From: the human T2T-CHM13v2.0 reference genome, Homo sapiens
Length of the DNA stretch: 64,000 bases
Assembly: GCF_009914755.1 (NCBI RefSeq)
Contig: NC_060927.1
Strand: one strand, 5' to 3'
Below the pieces are notes generated by a model that made no database searches, was not told the origin of the DNA, and saw only the letters and a program-made list of their open reading frames with translations. Position numbers and translations under genes: made by a program. Each line of letters opens with the position of its first letter. Position 1 is the stretch's first letter. Shown in pieces: positions 1 to 13,035 of the stretch.

Positions 1-229
1 GTGGCACCTCCCCCCTCTGTCTTTCTCCCACTCTCACCATGTGATGGTCCTGTTCCCCCTTTGCCTTCCATTGTGATTGAAAGCTTCCTGAGACCCTCGA
101 CAGAAGCAGATACCAGCGCCATGCTTCCTGCACAGCCTGCAGAAACATGAACCAAAATGAACCACTTTTCTTTTAAAATTATCCAGTCTCAGGCTTTCTT
201 GTATAGCAATGCAAAAATGGCCTAACACA
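1..229 (+). mobile_element. MaLR LTR 3' end (MST-type)
   Basis: gccatgcttcctgcacagcctgcagaa...aaattatccagtctcagg...cctaacaca terminal motif. Confidence 0.8.
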
Positions 230-625
230 TGTGCAATATTTGGGACATATTTATATGAAAAAAATTAGTTATCGCTTATCTGAAATTTAAACTTATCTGT
301 GTGTCCGGTGTTTTCATTTGCTGAATGTGGTAATATTGGTCCAAACTGTTTTAGGATATTTAGCGGCATTCCTGGACCTTTATCCATTAGATGCCAGTCC
401 CACATCCTAGTTGTGACAACTAAAAATGTCCCCAGATACTGCCAAAGGTTCCCTGGGAGGCAAAATCTCCCTTGGCTGGAACTACTGCCTTAGAAAGTGT
501 TAGAAGTGCAAAGCATGAGGCTCCACCCCAAACCTACTGAATCAGAAACTCAGTAGGGAGGGATTTAGCAATCTGTGCTTTCACAAGTCTTACAGCTGTT
601 CTGATGCAACTGAAGTTTGAGAACA
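230..625. mobile_element. Cluster of hAT DNA transposon remnants (MER53-, MER20- and MER5-like)
   Basis: tgtgcaatatttgggacata; agttgtgacaactaaaaatgtc...ggcaaaatc; cctactgaatcagaaactc...tttgagaac. Confidence 0.65.
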
Positions 626-1017
626 AAATTGGTCTTATCTATTTCTCAGGCAAGTGTATCTCAGAGGACATAAATTAGTATTGCTTAGTGTAGAGACCCA
701 TGGATAATCTATACCAGAACCGCTATTGTTGTATATTAAAGAAACATCTAATGGTGCACCCTGGAACTTCTTAATCAAAATTTCTAAGGGGATGAAGAAG
801 TTGAGAGTGTAGTAGAAAACAGGGGTCCAGAGTTCTACTTTTATTTTTTAAGTAAACGTACCCTGTGACTCTTGTATACACAGATATTTGAATACCACGG
901 ACTGGTATGGATGCCTCAGACTTTCTTTGTTTATATCACTAACATTCCCAATTCTAGTTTCATGTTTCCAAAACAAATTTCTGGAGATAAATTGGCTTCT
1001 GGTTTATACTTACCTAC

Positions 1018-1180
1018 AGCAGTGTTTCTCGGCTCTGGTAACATATTTGAACCACCTAGCGAGCTTTACAAAAATACCAATGCCCAGTCCCCATCCACAA
1101 CAATGAAGCAGAATCTCTGGGGGTGGTGTTTTCTGATTCCAGATGATTCTAATATGTAACTAGGTTTGGAAACCACTGGC
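1018..1180. mobile_element. MER5-like DNA transposon
   Basis: cagtgtttctc start, gcagaatctctggggg...gatgattctaat...aaccactg end. Confidence 0.6.
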
Positions 1181-1544
1181 CTATGGGAGAAAATGCGCTA
1201 GTCTTATCGATTCTAACATTCCAGTCGGTTTAATGTCTATGTTCCTCATTATACATTATAAAAATTAATATTCCGGTTCAAATTTCATACTCTTTTTGTG
1301 TCTCTTAAATCCATCCAAGTTCTGGGGGTCCTGAGCAAACTAGTTCTGAGAACCACAGATATATATCAGATCCTGGAGTACAACTGTATAATTGGGATAT
1401 TCTCCTCCTCTACACCCCACATGCTGGTCTTTCCTTTATTCTATCTACTATCTCTTATAGAGCGTACTCAAAATCCAACTAATTTTCAGGGCTTTCTTCA
1501 ATTAATTATTAATATGATATAGAAATGGCTTCAAATGTCTATCA

Positions 1545-2185
1545 TCAAAAATAGAGGAACTTTGATGTTAACATAATCAGGCCTTTAGGTCTAACTTCCA
1601 ATTCACAGGAAATATGGAAGACAGAGAAAAAATTAAGCACCCATAAGCAGGGACTCAGACTAATCTATAAGGTGGACATTTTATAGAATAATTTGCCTAT
1701 CTCTTCAAGAAGTCATTATTACATAAACAAAATAATACATGAAATGAAATAATACGTTATGGCATTAAAAGGGAGAATGTTTTAAATTAAAAGAGATTTA
1801 AGACACATAACAATCAGAGGCAATATATACGCCTTAATTAGATCCCAGTTGAACAAACCAGCCTAAAATGAAGTAATTACAGTGATAGAATTTGAACATA
1901 GTTTAGGTATTAGGTGATGTTAAGGATCCATTTACATTTTTTGAGGTATGGTAACAGTATTGTGATTAGATAAGGGAAATATATTTATTTTTAAAAAACT
2001 GCATAACAAGGATGAAACACAATGTGATCTGTAATTGACTTCAAGTTACTTTAGTCAAAAAATAGATGATGCAAATATACCAAAGTGTTAACAATTGTTC
2101 AATCTAAATGATGGCCATAAGTGCTTGTCATATTGTTCTCTTTTTTCTTTTGCTTGAAATTTTCTATAGTAAAAAATAGGATAGT
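1545..2185 (+). mobile_element. Ancient L1 (L1MC/ME-type) 3' end
   Basis: ttaaaagagatttaagacacataacaa...tattctc...ttgaaattttctatagtaaaa pattern typical of old L1 3'UTRs. Confidence 0.55.
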
Positions 2186-2732
2186 AAGAAGAAAAATGAA
2201 GTGAATATATGAAGGCAGAATATATAGTGGAGAAAAGTCCGCAATGGAAATAAAACCACATGAGCCTGGTTTTGACCCTGAATCATCCCCTGTCAAGGCC
2301 TCAGCTGCCTCCTATACCTAATGAGGGCTTAGAACAAGGTTGTCCTTGCTGTAAGCCTGTGGTGACTGTCTTTATCCACAATTTTATTAGCTCATATTAC
2401 AGATGAGAAAACTGACGCACGGAGATGATAGACCACTCAGCTGGTGTGACAGAGCTGGAACTTGAACTGGGAACCCTAGCTCCAGAGCCTGCCCTTTAAT
2501 GTCATATCGTCACTTAACAATTACAGCACCTGCCAATTCTAACAGCAAAATATTGCCCCCCAGTGTGATTTAGGACATCTCTGGGTGATGGTAAAAGTGC
2601 TTGTGAAGTTTTTTGGCAAATGTTTTTTATTGCTCATATTTCAATAATGAATATGTTATGTTACCATTTTTCTTTGAAGTTTGTGGAGGACTAGAATCCT
2701 GTAGCCAAAAGTAGCAAGCCTGAGAACAAATT

Positions 2733-2952
2733 TCTTTTTTTAAAAAAATATTTATTTCAATAGTTTTTGGAGTACAGGTGGTTATTGGTTATATAAATAA
2801 GTTATTTAGTGGTGATTTCTGAGATTTTAGGGCACCTATCACCTGAGCATTGTACACTACCAGATATGTAATCTTTTGTCCCTCATCCCCCTCCCATTGT
2901 TTCCTCCACCCCAGTCCCCAAAGTCCGTTATATTGTTTTTATGCCTTTGCAT
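2733..2952 (-). mobile_element. L1PB/L1MA-type 3' end fragment
   Basis: ttatttcaatagtttttgg...tagtggtgatttctgagatttt...gtacact; inverted homologue of 11985-12335. Confidence 0.8.
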
Positions 2953-3130
2953 CATTTCTTATGTAAAATTCTTCAGAGTAGGAAGACACTCAGGGTGCAA
3001 TCATATCTGAAATATGAAAGAACTTAACACTTCGTTTTATTGCAGACAGTGATGTAAAGGATACAGTTCTAATAGGCCCATTGTGCTTCATCAGGGAATC
3101 AAGAACAGGTTGCTATAAAGTTCTCAAGGT

Positions 3131-3437
3131 GGCCGGGTGTGGTGGCTCACGCCTGTAATCCCAGCACTTTGGGAGGCCGAGGCGGGGGGATCACGAGTTC
3201 AGGAGTTTGAGACCAGCCTGACCAACATGGTGAAACCCCATCTCTACTAAAAATACAAAAATTAGCTGAGCGTGGTGGTGCATGCCTGTAATCCCAGCTA
3301 CTCAGGAGGCTGAGGCACGAGAATCACTTGAACCCAGGAGGCGGAGGTTGCAGTGAGCCAGATCATGCCACTACACTCCAGCCTAGACAACAGACTGAGA
3401 CTCCGTCTCAGAAAAACAAACAAAAACAAACAAACAC
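3131..3437 (+). mobile_element. AluS (Sg-like), full length
   Basis: ggccgggtgtggtggctcacgcctgtaatccc start, (CAAA)n tail, TSD agttctcaaggt at 3119-3130 and 3438-3449. Confidence 0.97.
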
Positions 3438-3559
3438 AGTTCTCAAGGTATATAGAAGCTTCCTCAAGAGGTGGAAAAGCACTCTGTAAAAGACTCGATG
3501 TCATTTATTTGAGCAAATCCTCACTAAGCACCTCCTGTGTGTCAGCTCTGTGTGGGGGA

Positions 3560-4735
3560 TCTGCAAAACACATACTTATTGGCTATCCACTGTGTGTCAG
3601 GCACTCTTGTCAGCACGGGAACATTTTATAGTCAGTGTTTCAGTGGGGATCAAAATAGAATCCCTCTCCTCTCAGAGTTTACTTTATAATGGGAGGAGAT
3701 GGTCTGTAAATGTGCAGATATGCAAGTAAATCAGAAACACGTTAGCTACTGAGAAGGGCTATTTTTACAAAACTGGAGAAATATGAAAGAGCCTGGGGGA
3801 GGCTATTTTAGGGAGTGGTCAGTTAAGGTTAATTTAAGAAGATGGTATTTTAATTGAGACCCGAAGAAGAGGGAATCAGTAATACATGGAAACATCAAAA
3901 GATCCTGACTACTTACTATGTGCCAGACTTGTGGGCTCCCTACTTCTATCAGCTAATTTAAGCTTTCCTGCAACTCTGTGATGGAGGTACTATTATTTAT
4001 TGTTTCCATCTTACAGATGAGAAAACTGAAGCACAGAAACAGTAGACCATTCCCCAGGTATGATGGAGCTTGGATTTGAACTGAGAAGCCTAGCTCCAGA
4101 ACCTGCCCTGTTGTGCCGTATCATCACTCAACAATCTAGGGTAGCAGTGTATTCCAGAAGAAGAAATAGAAATTACAAAGCCTTTAGTGCAGAAAGGAAC
4201 CTGGTGCATTTGAAAGACCAAAAGAAGGATAATGTGGCCTTTCATGGAGGGAGTGGAAGCAGGAAAGGTAGGCGGGATCCTGATTATGCAGGGCTGTGTA
4301 AGATTTTATTTGAGGTTTTTAAGAAAAAGAGTTATATTATCTGGTTTTGTTTTAAATGATCACTGTGCTGTACAAAAGATGGATTATGAGGGGGCAAAAG
4401 TGAGGCAAAGAGATCCATTATGATGTTACCGTTATAAAATAGGCAAGAATCCATGGTGTCTTGGATTAAGGTTGCAGTGGTGATGTGGTAAGACAGTTGG
4501 ATTAAGATTTAGTTTTACAGGGGACATTCTGATGTGTTGGATGTCGGATGTGAGGGTAGGAGAGGAATCAAGAATAACTCCTAGGATCTTGGCCTGAGCA
4601 ACAGAGTGGGAGGTGGTGGCCTTTACTGAGATAAAGAAGCCTTAGGAAGAAGTAGCTTTGAAGGAGAAGGAAGAAAGGGAGGAATCAATAATTCTATCTT
4701 AGCTATGTCAAGTTTGAGTTGCTTGTTAGACGTCA
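3560..4735. mobile_element. L2 fragments interrupted by a MIR (~3905-4120)
   Basis: L2 motifs gagggagaggaatcaagaataactcctagg and tggcctgagcaac; MIR core ttacagatgagaaaactgaagcacaga. Confidence 0.6.
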
Positions 4736-5526
4736 GAGTCTAGGTTTTAAGTTTAGAAAAAGTTGCCTTGATTTAGCAAAGGAAAAGATGAAAATAAACA
4801 TTTTGCTTAGCATAATTTCTTCTGAAATAAACGCAGGTTGGACAGTCAAAAGAGATATATGTGGCCTCTTGGCCGTATACGGAGTAAATTCATTAGTCTA
4901 GATCAAAAGCTGTAAACAGGTGGTTCAAGAGTATTGTTTAGACTTTAAAATGTGTTAAAAATTAGGATATTTCATATAAAAATACTTTTGGCTTCTCTTA
5001 AATAATAGGAAGGCTAGGTAATATTAGGCCAGCATTTTTACTTTTGGAGCTCTCTACTCTTCCATAGGTTTTGCCACTGCCTGTTGTTTGCTCCTCTCTG
5101 GTCTTTATAGGTATTCGAGTTCATAGCACATAAACTAGACTCCAATCTTCACTTTGCCACTTATGACTGTTTGGTATTTTTCTATCATTTAATTTTTGTG
5201 AGCCTCAGGTACTCAGTCTTAAAATGTGGGATGTGACTAGCTCACCGGTCTCACATAAATAATGGACATAAAAGCATCTCTTATATTGGTAATGTGTTCT
5301 AAAAGTGTAAAACATTGTTTCTTTTAACAGTGAAAGTTCAGATTATTGATTGGTAACTGCAAAATCAGTCCGGGAAATACCTAAATTTAATTATTTGAAC
5401 AATTATCAAATTACTCCTAAGATATAGTCTAACTTAAAATAAAAAGGATAAAAGGGAAATGGAAAGGAATTGGTGCATCAAATTGAGGAAAAGAAATTCT
5501 TGGAGGAAAGATACACCCAATACTGA

Positions 5527-5847
<321 letters not shown>

Positions 5848-7969
5848 TAAAACACTGGAGTGGGGCAAAGACCAAAGGACAGAATGGAAGAAAAACAGGG
5901 CAAAGAAACTGGCGTTAGAAACCCCAGCTTTGCAGCTTCTTATCTGTGTGAATTTATGAATGATGATAATATAAGTGAATATTTCTGGGCTTTACATATA
6001 TCATTTCACTTAGCACAACAATCCCATAAGGTAGATAGTGCTACCACCCCCATTTTACGGAGGAAGAAATTGAGGCACAGACTACTTAAGTAATCTGCAT
6101 GCAGTTATGCAGCTAGTGAGTAGGATAAGTCATCTCAGTTCTCAGTTTCTTGAAATAAAAGGAGAAAAAATATAAATTTATTTTGTAAAGATGTTTTTAA
6201 AGGACTGTAGAGATAGATGGAACCTATTATAAATGCCAAGAAGGAAACATATGCTTATCTACTTTATGTAGAATGCCTATAATAACCTAGGGGCCATACC
6301 CATGTATTTTACCAAAATTTGATTTCCAGTGAAAGTATACACACAGATACCAAGCTGTTTATGGTTTAATTTAACTTTGTTAACATACACAACCACCTGA
6401 CATGTATGTGTATTCCAATATTACTTCACAGGTATCTTTAGCTAACGTAACCTTCGTCTATGCGTAGCGCAGAACCACACAATGAGGCACTTTATGTGTC
6501 TTTGTTGTTATTGATGCTTCAAAATATGTTAGTAACAAATAGATCCCATCTCTTCAACCTCCCCAGCATTCCTTTAATGCTAATATATCCATTTTCTGAC
6601 AATCAGTAAGTAAAACACAAAGTTGTAAGATAATTGATCTGTGTTCTAACACCCGCTCTGCCACTAACACTTTGAGTAAACTTTGAAAAGTCAGTATCCC
6701 TCTCTGAGTTTTACTTCTTCCATTTATAAAATTAGAGGGTCAGGCCTAGTGACCTCCAGGTTCCCCTTCTGCTCTTATACGCTGGCATTTTATGAAATCT
6801 AGCTATAAAATGAATAGTGTCTTTTCATTGTTATTAGCAAAGTATTAGTTGAACTCCCCATTAAAAATAAAGGAGTATTTACAAGTTTCCAACAGGATTA
6901 ACAGGATAAAAATGAACCACAGGTTACTCAGTCTTATTCCTGAAGTTGACATGGTTTATGCCTGAATGCAGGCCTTATGTGCCTTACTGGCCCCCAAGTG
7001 CTCCACTCCAATTGCTGAACTGAATGCTAATCAGCGACTCCAGCTGTGCAGGGTGAGCCTTGTCTGATTACATCAGCAGGGTGGGCTGGGATGCTCGATT
7101 CAGTTCAGAGTAGTTATTCAGCAGTTCAGTGACACAGAGAAGGTCATGGACTTCAAAGAGAATGCTGAATGCAGAGATGAAGGCCTGCGCAGAATGGCCC
7201 AGTTAATGATCACACTTCATAATTTCACGGTGTGCTGATTCTCCCAGACACTGTGCTCAGCCTGACTTTTGCTGGTTTGGCTGAGGAATCAGGAGCCTTC
7301 ACTCCAACGTCCCCACCTTGATTTCTCAGCAGGTTTAACTGAATATCTTCCTGTAATTTTTTTCTTATGCACGAGAACTTAGAGAATAATCTTTATCATT
7401 TTGCAGGACTTTGTTTCATTATTTTTCAAGGGCTTTTCACATCCCTTATTCCATTTAGCAGCTAACTGAGCCTGTGAGGTACACAGGACATATATGATGA
7501 CTTAGGCCTTAGAGATGAAAAAATGTCAGAGAGGGGAGGGCTTGGCCTGAAACGCATGGCTAGGAAGTGACACCTTTACCCCCAACCAGTGTACTTTCTC
7601 CCCTGCCATAACCCATCAACTTGACAGTGGGGAAAATATTTTTAAGGCTTTGCATCTTTTATGTACTCTGGAGGAAGGGGTATAATTTCTGCCTTTATAA
7701 AATGGATTTCATAATGTTAAATAATGACCGTTTCTGGCTCCCTTGTGTTATGCATAAGGTAGGTACTATGCTAGTGACTATCTAGTTTCCTTTTATATGC
7801 AGTGGGTTTCACTGTTCTGTGGAAGACTGGAAGTTTCTCACAGGCCTCCTGAGACCATCAATGTGGTTAGGGAAGAGGGATGAATAAGTCAAACTATAGA
7901 CTTCATCCCTGCTCCAGCTGGAACATCTCTACCTTCATCTGCTTTACATATGGAACTTTTTCATTGTAT

Positions 7970-8293
7970 TGTTTTGTTGTTGTTGTTTGTTTGTTTGTTT
8001 TTTAGAAATAGAGTGTCACTCTGTCACCAGGCTGAAGTGCAATGGTATGATCATCACTCACTGCAGCCTCCAGCTCCTGGGCTCAAGTGATCCTGCCACA
8101 TGACTCTCCCAACTAGCTAGGACTACAGATGAGCATCACCACATATGGCTAATTTTTACTTTAAATTATTTCGTAGAGATGAGGGGGGGTCTCACAATAT
8201 TGTCCAGGTTAGTCTCGAACTCCTGGCCTCAAGCAATCCTGCCTCAACCTCCTCAGTCACAGGAACTGCAGGCACGAGCCACCACACTCAGCC
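7970..8293 (-). mobile_element. AluJ (diverged)
   Basis: cactgcagcctc...ctcctgggctcaagtgatcc J-type motifs; (TTTG)n tail. Confidence 0.9.
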
Positions 8294-8540
8294 TCACTAC
8301 ATTGTGAACAAAGGAATCTCTAGCCAAAATGTTTGAAAATGACAGAATTATCATGTTCTTTTCAAAAGGGAAGATATTGAATTATAGCCATAAGCTTTAA
8401 AGAGATGGCAGGAAAGGGCACTAAACTTTGCAATCAGGCAGGTCTGTGAGAAGGCCACAGCTCCCTGGCTATGAATGAACCTGTGTACCCTCTCTGAGCC
8501 CTGGTTTCCTCTGCTATGAAGTGACAATAATAATACTTTC

Positions 8541-8966
8541 TGTTTAAGTTTGCTAGGGCTTCCATAACAAAGTACTGCAAACCAAGTGACTTAAACAACA
8601 GGAATTTATTGTCCCACGGTTTTGGAGGCTGAAAGTCCACAATCAAGGTGTTGGCAGGGTTGGTTCTTCCTTAGGGCTGTGAGGGAAGAACCTGTTGCAG
8701 GTCATTCTCCTTGGCTTGAAGATGGCTATCTTCTCTCTGTGTCAATTTACAGTATCCTCCCTCTATGTATGTCTTTCTCACTATCCACATTTCCCTTTTA
8801 TATGAGAACACTGGTCATCTTGGATTGAATCCACCCTACTCTGGTCTGACCTCATCTTAACTAACTACATCAACAACTCCATGTCCAAACAAGCTCACAT
8901 TCTGGGCTACTGCGGGTTAGGACTTCAATATATGAATTTTGGAGGAGCACACTTTCACTCATAACA
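8541..8966 (-). mobile_element. MaLR solo LTR (MLT1C-like)
   Basis: agtttgctagggcttccataacaaagtac...ttaaacaacaggaatttattgtc...ataaca. Confidence 0.8.
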
Positions 8967-11900
8967 TCTTCTGTATAGGGTAAGGATTAGATGAGATTGT
9001 ATACTTAAAGCATTTTATGGATTATCTAAGATACAACAGGTATTTAACAGACATGAGTTTCCTTGACTTTGTACGATGCAATCACTATTGCTAACTTTCT
9101 TTTTCAAACATTCATTTCTTTCTGTCTTTGCTATGATCTTTTCTAACTTTATCTTTCCCCATAGCCTCCTATTATGATTTTTGGAGTTCTCACCTCTTCT
9201 GCCTATTTCCAGGGGAATTTCCACAACTTAGGATGAGGTTATATCACCCTGAGCTGCACCTTTCATGGGAGACCATCCTTGAAATGAGCACTAGTCTGAT
9301 ATTTTGAGATCATTTTTGTCCCCTCTCTCTAAGCTAAGGTTGACTGATTTGGCCTCTAGCACTGTTTTGTCTGAGGGAGGCCCTGCTGGCTAGAATAATA
9401 GTTGTGAATTCATAAAGTTTGGCCACAGGGAAAAGCTTCTGAAAAAAATTTCCCAGAGTGGTAATATCAGAATTTTCTCAGAAAAGTTTATAAACATGTC
9501 TGAGCGTGAGGGGGTGGTTTGAGCAGCAGATGCCAGATTCCAAAGAAAGAACAGTTCTGGTGGAACAAAAGTTCACTGGGGCAAATAAAGGAAATACAAC
9601 TGCATTTCTTTTCCATTCAATGTTGTATAAAACCAACATGTCAGAAGTACCTCCAACCAGTCTTTGGTTATTCGTTCCTCACTTGAAATGTGGCTAACTC
9701 CCGCAATCAATCTGGCGTATTATTTACCAAGAGAATTGCCTTAAAGTGGCAAACTTCAAAACTTCTATAGGTAGTTACAGGTATCACTGTTTTCTAAAGA
9801 GCAGCACAGACTATCGGCTTAAATACAAAAGTTAGAGGGCAAAGACTGGGCAGATCCCAGGCCTGCATCTGATTTACGGAATACACCTGACACATGTCAA
9901 ATGGCCAGAAAGAAGCATAACATTACCAGTGGTGGAATTGCTTTCTTCTTTTAATGCATGCAGGGAGCCTCAGGACAGAGAGAAAGAAATTGATGCTGAG
10001 GTAGATGCATTTTCAAGATGAGACACACACTGAGATAAGAATTTCCTGACTGAATGCTCAGGTTGCTGTTTGAGAAAGCTGAATCACTGGATTGGGAAGG
10101 GTTTCCCTAGGATCTTGAGATCTGCATGCCTAGATCTCTGGATGTCTGTGGGTGGGAGTGGATGCTTTGGAAAGGCAAGAGGAACACTTAGATGAAGGGA
10201 TTGAGTGGGTGGAGTTGAGGCTGGAGGCTAATCTCTTTATGCAGGTGTGTGAGTGTGTATGTGTGCATGAGTGTGCTGACCTGGGCTTGGCTAGCTCAGC
10301 TGTTGTTTTGGAAGGCAAAACCACAGCTCTAAATTCCCCAGGGTATCATCAGCCAGTGTTCCAGATCTACAATGGTGGTGGTCTTGGGAATCACAGCAGA
10401 CCACCCACAAAGAAAATAAATGAAAACAACATCTAGCCCTTCAAGCAGGTTTTGCACTTATAATCTCAAAATGTTCAAAAGCAGGAAATATTTTAGTTTA
10501 TTGTCATGAAAGCCCTTGGAACAGGCATCAGCATTCTGAAAGAAGTAAAGCTAAACCTACATGAGGCATAATAATATCAATAGTGTATGGTAATAACAAT
10601 AGTAATTTATACTTTTTATCACTCTTTGAAGAAGTTTTTCCCACAGAGGTTTCTTGAAGAGGAAAATGCCCTTGGTTTGGAGTGACTTAAATTACTGTTT
10701 TGACTCTGGCATAAGCTCTATCATTTTGTACAATTACCTTTACTTCTGGAGTCATATTTTCTCATCAGTAAAAATGAGGGTGGGGTGAATAGTGTCTGCA
10801 CAGGGCAGCCCTCATGATTGATTAATCATATATTTATATCACACTTTGATAAACTGAAAAATGGGAAAAACTAAATTGTCCTATCATGTTTATTTTACAA
10901 AAGTCATGAAGAATCTCACAGAAACAGAAGAGTAATAACTTATTTTTCTTCTACTTTAGAAAACCAGGACTCTCTACAGAACACCTTACCCAAATTGCAA
11001 TTGGATTTTCACACTCAACATCAACAAAGCAACCAAATAAGTATTTTTCACTACACTAGAGCTTGGAGTAGTTGCAAAGAAGTATGGCAGACTAGCTGGA
11101 GAGGCAGGACATCCACACAAGAATCAGGCAGGATGGAGCAATATTTATGTACAAACTCATATTGATATTTAAGTGTGAAGATTCCTCATGTCTGATATTG
11201 GGCTCATTTTGAAACCCTGAAGACAATATGTCCTTCCATGATTCTCCCCATAAACACCTCCTTTTACATATTTCAGAGGAGTTTTTGAGCATTCATGGTT
11301 CCTATGTTGCACACTCTTCCACACAGATCAAAGTGGCAAGTTTCATCCTGGCATGTCTCTCTCCAATAAACAGTCCTCAATGGCTCATGAGATTTATTAT
11401 TTTCCCCATCCCACTTTTGAAGAAAGTATTATGGCAAGAATACCCCAAAAGAATGGTAATAGCTTACCTGCAGAGACCTTGAAACAGGGAGAAGAGGTGC
11501 TATTTAGAAATATATACAGCATTTCTACACAAAGTTCTGAGATTTTTTCTTCACTTATCATCACTATCTCTAAACAAAAAAGTGGAAGATAGTAAAAACT
11601 CTCCATTTTTCAATTCTGCATAAAACATGGCCCAAGCATATCAAAATAGCCAGGTGCATCCCCCGTGAGGGCTATAAGCCCCAGTAAACACTGGTTTTAA
11701 TCATCCTCATGTGGTGGTACCATTGGTAGGCAATGAAGCCTAAAGCTTTTCCACACCCTTCCCTCGCTCTTGTAAAACTGGTTGAGAGGGAGGGTGGTGG
11801 CAGAGTGTAGTGGTTCTCACACCTTAGTGATCCAAATGAAAACTTGCTCCAAATAAAGATGCCTGCACCCTATCTCCAGAAGTTTTTTTTTGTAGCTTGG

Positions 11901-11979
11901 GGAAAGTTTTAGGAAACTGATTTATTAATACATATCCCAGGTAAATCTAATGCAGATAGTCTGGACATCATGCTTTAAG

Positions 11980-12340
11980 GAATACCACTCAGTTATAAAA
12001 AGGAACAAAATAATGTCATTGCAGCCACTTGGATGGAGCTGAAAACCATTATTCTAAGTGAAGTAGCTCAGGCATAGAAAACCAAATACCATATGTTCTC
12101 ACTTAAAAGTGGGAGCTAAACTATGAGGACGTAAAGGCATAAGAGTGATATAATGGATCCTGGGGACTTGGGAGGTGGGGAGATTGGGGGGCAGGTGAGG
12201 GATAAAAGATGACATATTGGATACAGTGTACACTGCTCAGGTGACAGGTGCACTAAAATCTCAGAAATCATCACTAAAAAGCTTGTCCGTGTAACCAAAA
12301 ACTACCTGTACTCCAAAAACTATTGAAATAAAAAAATGGA
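11980..12340 (+). mobile_element. L1PB/L1MA-type 3' end
   Basis: End of ORF2 (tggatggagctg...attattctaagtgaagta) plus 3'UTR ending aaaaactattgaaataaaaaaa. Confidence 0.85.
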
Positions 12341-12349
12341 AAAACACTC

Positions 12350-12436
12350 GAAAGAAAGAAAGAGAAAGAAAGGAAGGAAGGAAGGAAGGAAGGAAGGAAG
12401 GAAGGAAAAAAGAAAGGAAAAGAAAAGAGAAAAAAT
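12350..12436. repeat. Polypurine microsatellite with (GGAA)9
   Basis: GAAA/GGAA run; consecutive GGAA at 12372-12407. Confidence 0.95.
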
Positions 12437-12551
12437 ACTAGCATGACATCTAGGAGCTCAAGATTTCAAGTCAGAAAAATCTAAATTTAATCTAAAATTT
12501 TAAATCCAAAAGCCTGGGATTTTCTGATCTTAACCGTTGGGCGAGTTGTTC

Positions 12552-12625
12552 TACCTGCTTAAGCCTTAGTTTTGTTACCTGCTTAAGCCTTAGTTTTGTT
12601 ACCTGCTTAAGCCTTAGTTTTGTTA
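12552..12625. repeat. Perfect 24 bp tandem triplication
   Basis: tacctgcttaagccttagttttgt at 12552, 12576 and 12600. Confidence 0.95.
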
Positions 12626-13035
12626 AAAGGAAAAAAAAAACCTAGACAAGTTTAAATTTAACTGAGTTTATTTGAGGGGAAAAGGAAAGCATTCAACAAA
12701 CAAACAAAAATGATTCACAAATCAGGCAGCCCTCAGAACCAAAAGGTTCTAAGAACTCCTGATCTACAGTGTGTTTAGGCAGTTTTTATGGATAGAAAAT
12801 AGAAGTGAGGCAAAAAGGACAACTTAATTGTTACAGTTTATTTCAATTAGCTGGCCCCCTACAACTGAGGAAAGCTCAGCTACTGTAACTAACCAGAATC
12901 CAGCTACCCATATACGAGTATCCTCCCAAGTTAATTGGTTTTACTAGCGTGAAGGACTCCATATTGGTTAGATCTGTTGGGCCTAGAACAGGAACTTAGT
13001 CTAAATCAATGGCCTCCTACAAATTTTATTCAACA
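12621..13035 (-). mobile_element. ERV1-class solo LTR (MER57/MER93-like) inserted in a MIR
   Basis: Termini tgtta...caaca; minus strand starts tgttgaataaaatttgtaggaggccattg; MIR halves on both flanks. Confidence 0.65.

Noticed and set aside
9492-9511. p53/p63 response element (aaacatgtct gagcgtgagg)
   Set aside because: Only one good half-site, which is expected by chance in 64 kb.
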